Shown in pieces: positions 15,185-16,956 of a stretch of DNA of 16,956 nucleotides. The notes beneath the pieces were generated by a model. That model ran no database searches and had not been told where the DNA came from. It was given only the letters and a program-made list of their open reading frames with translations. Position 1 is the first letter of the stretch, and each line of letters begins with the position of its first letter. The position numbers and the translations under genes are program-made. Source of the DNA: Candidatus Zixiibacteriota bacterium (lineage in GTDB: Bacteria; Zixibacteria; MSB-5A5; WJJR01); assembly GCA_036170655.1 (NCBI GenBank), contig JAVHPP010000043.1, forward strand, positions 1-16,956, read 5' to 3'.

Positions 15185-16956
15185 ATGTCTCACAACGCGT
15201 GCTCTCCCCGTCGCCGCGCACGATCAGGCCAACGCCTTGGCGTTGTTGTTCTCGGGATTCTTCTCAGCATCTCCATAACCGGCGTGGCATCGGCCTTCTA
15301 TTGGCCCCCCACCAACATTCCGCCCGGTCCGCCGCCGAATTACAACGGCACGGACACGTCGTATTTCGGCGGCGCCCCCTCGCTGCCGCTGCCGCCGCCC
15401 GACAGCGGCGGGGTCTATGTCTATCGCGACTCGGTCAACGGTTCTTGGACGGTCGCCAACCACATCTATTCGGCGGGAAACTCCCTGGAACAATTCCACG
15501 GCTCGATTCTGGCGTTGATGACCGAGCCACCCCAGTTGAACGTGAACGTCTTCATTCAAGGGTTCGAACTCTGGCGTGACACGACCGCGAACAAATGCCT
15601 GCTGGAGAATGACCGTTGGGGATGGGCACGCTGGGATACAAGCGGGCTTTATGAAATCTGGTGGGACGTCACGACCAAGGAGTGGAAGAACGGCGCGGGC
15701 GATCCCAACGACTTTCTCAAGTTCAGTTTGCAGGGTTGTGCAATTGATTTCAATGTGTGGTCGAGCGGGCATTCCAGTCCCTTCGGCGCGAATCAGATCT
15801 ACTTGGGGCGGAACAAGATTCCATTGTCGAGCGTTGCCGGCTGGACAGATTTCGGCAGCTTCCAGACACTTGATCCATATCAGGCCGCCGTGGGCTCCAA
15901 CCCAACGTCCGACCCCAACACGAGCATTTTCACCCACTACACGGGTCCCGGCGAATCCTACAACCTGCTCGGAAAGATTCTGGGAACCGACAGCTACCCC
16001 TGCGACCTTTCGTACGGAACACACTACAGCGGCGCCTTTGTGTATCAAGGAGACGGGATTCAGTTTTCGACGGAATGCCTGAATCATCCGCCGCGTCTGA
16101 CGATCACACGTGACACCACGCTCTTCCTCTGCACACCACAGGAAATCTGTATCGGGATGCACGGGGAGGACGACGACCACGACCGGTTGCGCCTGTCCAA
16201 GCTGTCGGGACCGGGGGCTTTTTCGAAGATTACATGCGATTCCACCATCGACTCGGTCTACTGCTTCACGCCTGATTCGTCCGGTGTCTATTGTTCGGTT
16301 TTCGAACTGGATGACGATGCGTTTCTCAACAGCATCGCCGAAGGTGACGATGACATCGACACGATTTGCGTTACGGTGTATCTGAACGCGCCGCCCAATG
16401 TGACGGGCCCACTGGACAAGAATGTTTCTCTCTGCTCGTTGCCCGCAACTATCACCGTCAAGCCGTTCTCCTTCAGCGACCCGAACAACAACATCCAGTC
16501 GAAGACAACTAACAAGGGGACACTGGCCGGAGACTCGGTGGTTTACACGGCAACTACCAGCATGCCGGACACGATCATTGTGACGGTCACCGATTCATGC
16601 GGCGCCATCGACAAAGATACCGTAATCGTGACCAAGACGGTCAACGGGGCGCCGATAATCGCCTTCGGGAATGATACGACAGTGGCCCAGTGCGCGGCCG
16701 CCCCGATCTGCGTGGCCTACACCGTGTCCGACCCCGATGGACTGACCGGTCTGGTGGAGACGCTGGTCTCCGGTCCAGGGTCGATTGACACGCTAAACAA
16801 CAAGGTTTGCTTCACCCCGGCGGGCGCCGGCAGTTACACGATCGTAGGCAAAGTGACTGATGCTTGTGGCGCCACTGACTATGACACCGTAGTCGTCACC
16901 GTTGACATGACGAAGCCGGTGTTGAGCTGCGCCGGTGATGAACTGACCTGCGACAG
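15185..16956 (+). CDS. Second large secreted Cys-rich Ig-repeat protein (paralogous stalk, different N-terminal domain); truncated by the window end
   Basis: Not in the ORF track because no stop lies in the window. The frame is open from ATG 15185 (in-frame TAG at 15158) to the end: MSHNACSPRRRARSGQRLGVVVLGILLSISITGVASA|FYWPPTNIPPGPPP..., a ~260-aa Trp/Pro-rich domain, then repeats NHPPRLTITRDTTLFLCTPQEIC..., NAPPNVT...TDSCG..., NGAPIIAFGNDTTVAQC...TDACG. Confidence 0.88.
   Translation, partial: MSHNACSPRRRARSGQRLGVVVLGILLSISITGVASAFYWPPTNIPPGPPPNYNGTDTSYFGGAPSLPLPPPDSGGVYVYRDSVNGSWTVANHIYSAGNSLEQFHGSILALMTEPPQLNVNVFIQGFELWRDTTANKCLLENDRWGWARWDTSGLYEIWWDVTTKEWKNGAGDPNDFLKFSLQGCAIDFNVWSSGHSSPFGANQIYLGRNKIPLSSVAGWTDFGSFQTLDPYQAAVGSNPTSDPNTSIFTHYTGPGESYNLLGKILGTDSYPCDLSYGTHYSGAFVYQGDGIQFSTECLNHPPRLTITRDTTLFLCTPQEICIGMHGEDDDHDRLRLSKLSGPGAFSKITCDSTIDSVYCFTPDSSGVYCSVFELDDDAFLNSIAEGDDDIDTICVTVYLNAPPNVTGPLDKNVSLCSLPATITVKPFSFSDPNNNIQSKTTNKGTLAGDSVVYTATTSMPDTIIVTVTDSCGAIDKDTVIVTKTVNGAPIIAFGNDTTVAQCAAAPICVAYTVSDPDGLTGLVETLVSGPGSIDTLNNKVCFTPAGAGSYTIVGKVTDACGATDYDTVVVTVDMTKPVLSCAGDELTCD

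Noticed and set aside
15185..15295. Tat signal (RRR) in protein 2
   Set aside because: Lacks the S/T-RR-x-FLK context; it fits a Sec signal ending in ASA.

Overview
GC-rich bacterial chromosomal window with two divergent blocks. By inference it comes from an FCB-group lineage, Zixibacteria-like on the style of the secreted-protein C-termini. Minus strand, read right to left: a near-consensus sigma54 promoter with a pair of enhancer-like sites precedes a 64-aa zinc-ribbon protein and a 57-aa stand-alone HTH protein. These are followed by a membrane sensor kinase and an NtrC-type sigma54 activator. Next comes a TetR-led operon with an operator palindrome, encoding Oah-like, SDR, Dch-like and Had-like enzymes, i.e. 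the ring beta-oxidation/cleavage steps of the anaerobic benzoyl-CoA pathway. The last gene is truncated by the window and two GTAG-type REP elements lie inside the operon. Plus strand: two tandem giant secreted proteins, each behind its own TTGACA..TACATT promoter and long leader. The first (2013 aa) is signal peptide, DUF4114-like tip, 15 Ig-like repeats (14 Cys-rich), cohesin-like, dockerin-like, beta domain, and a FlgD-Ig/T9SS-type C-terminal domain. The second is missed by the ORF track and truncated; it uses the same repeats behind a different tip domain. Cysteine gain/loss across the repeats suggests neighbouring domains are stapled by inter-domain disulfides. Domain calls are from motif recognition only; no searches were run.
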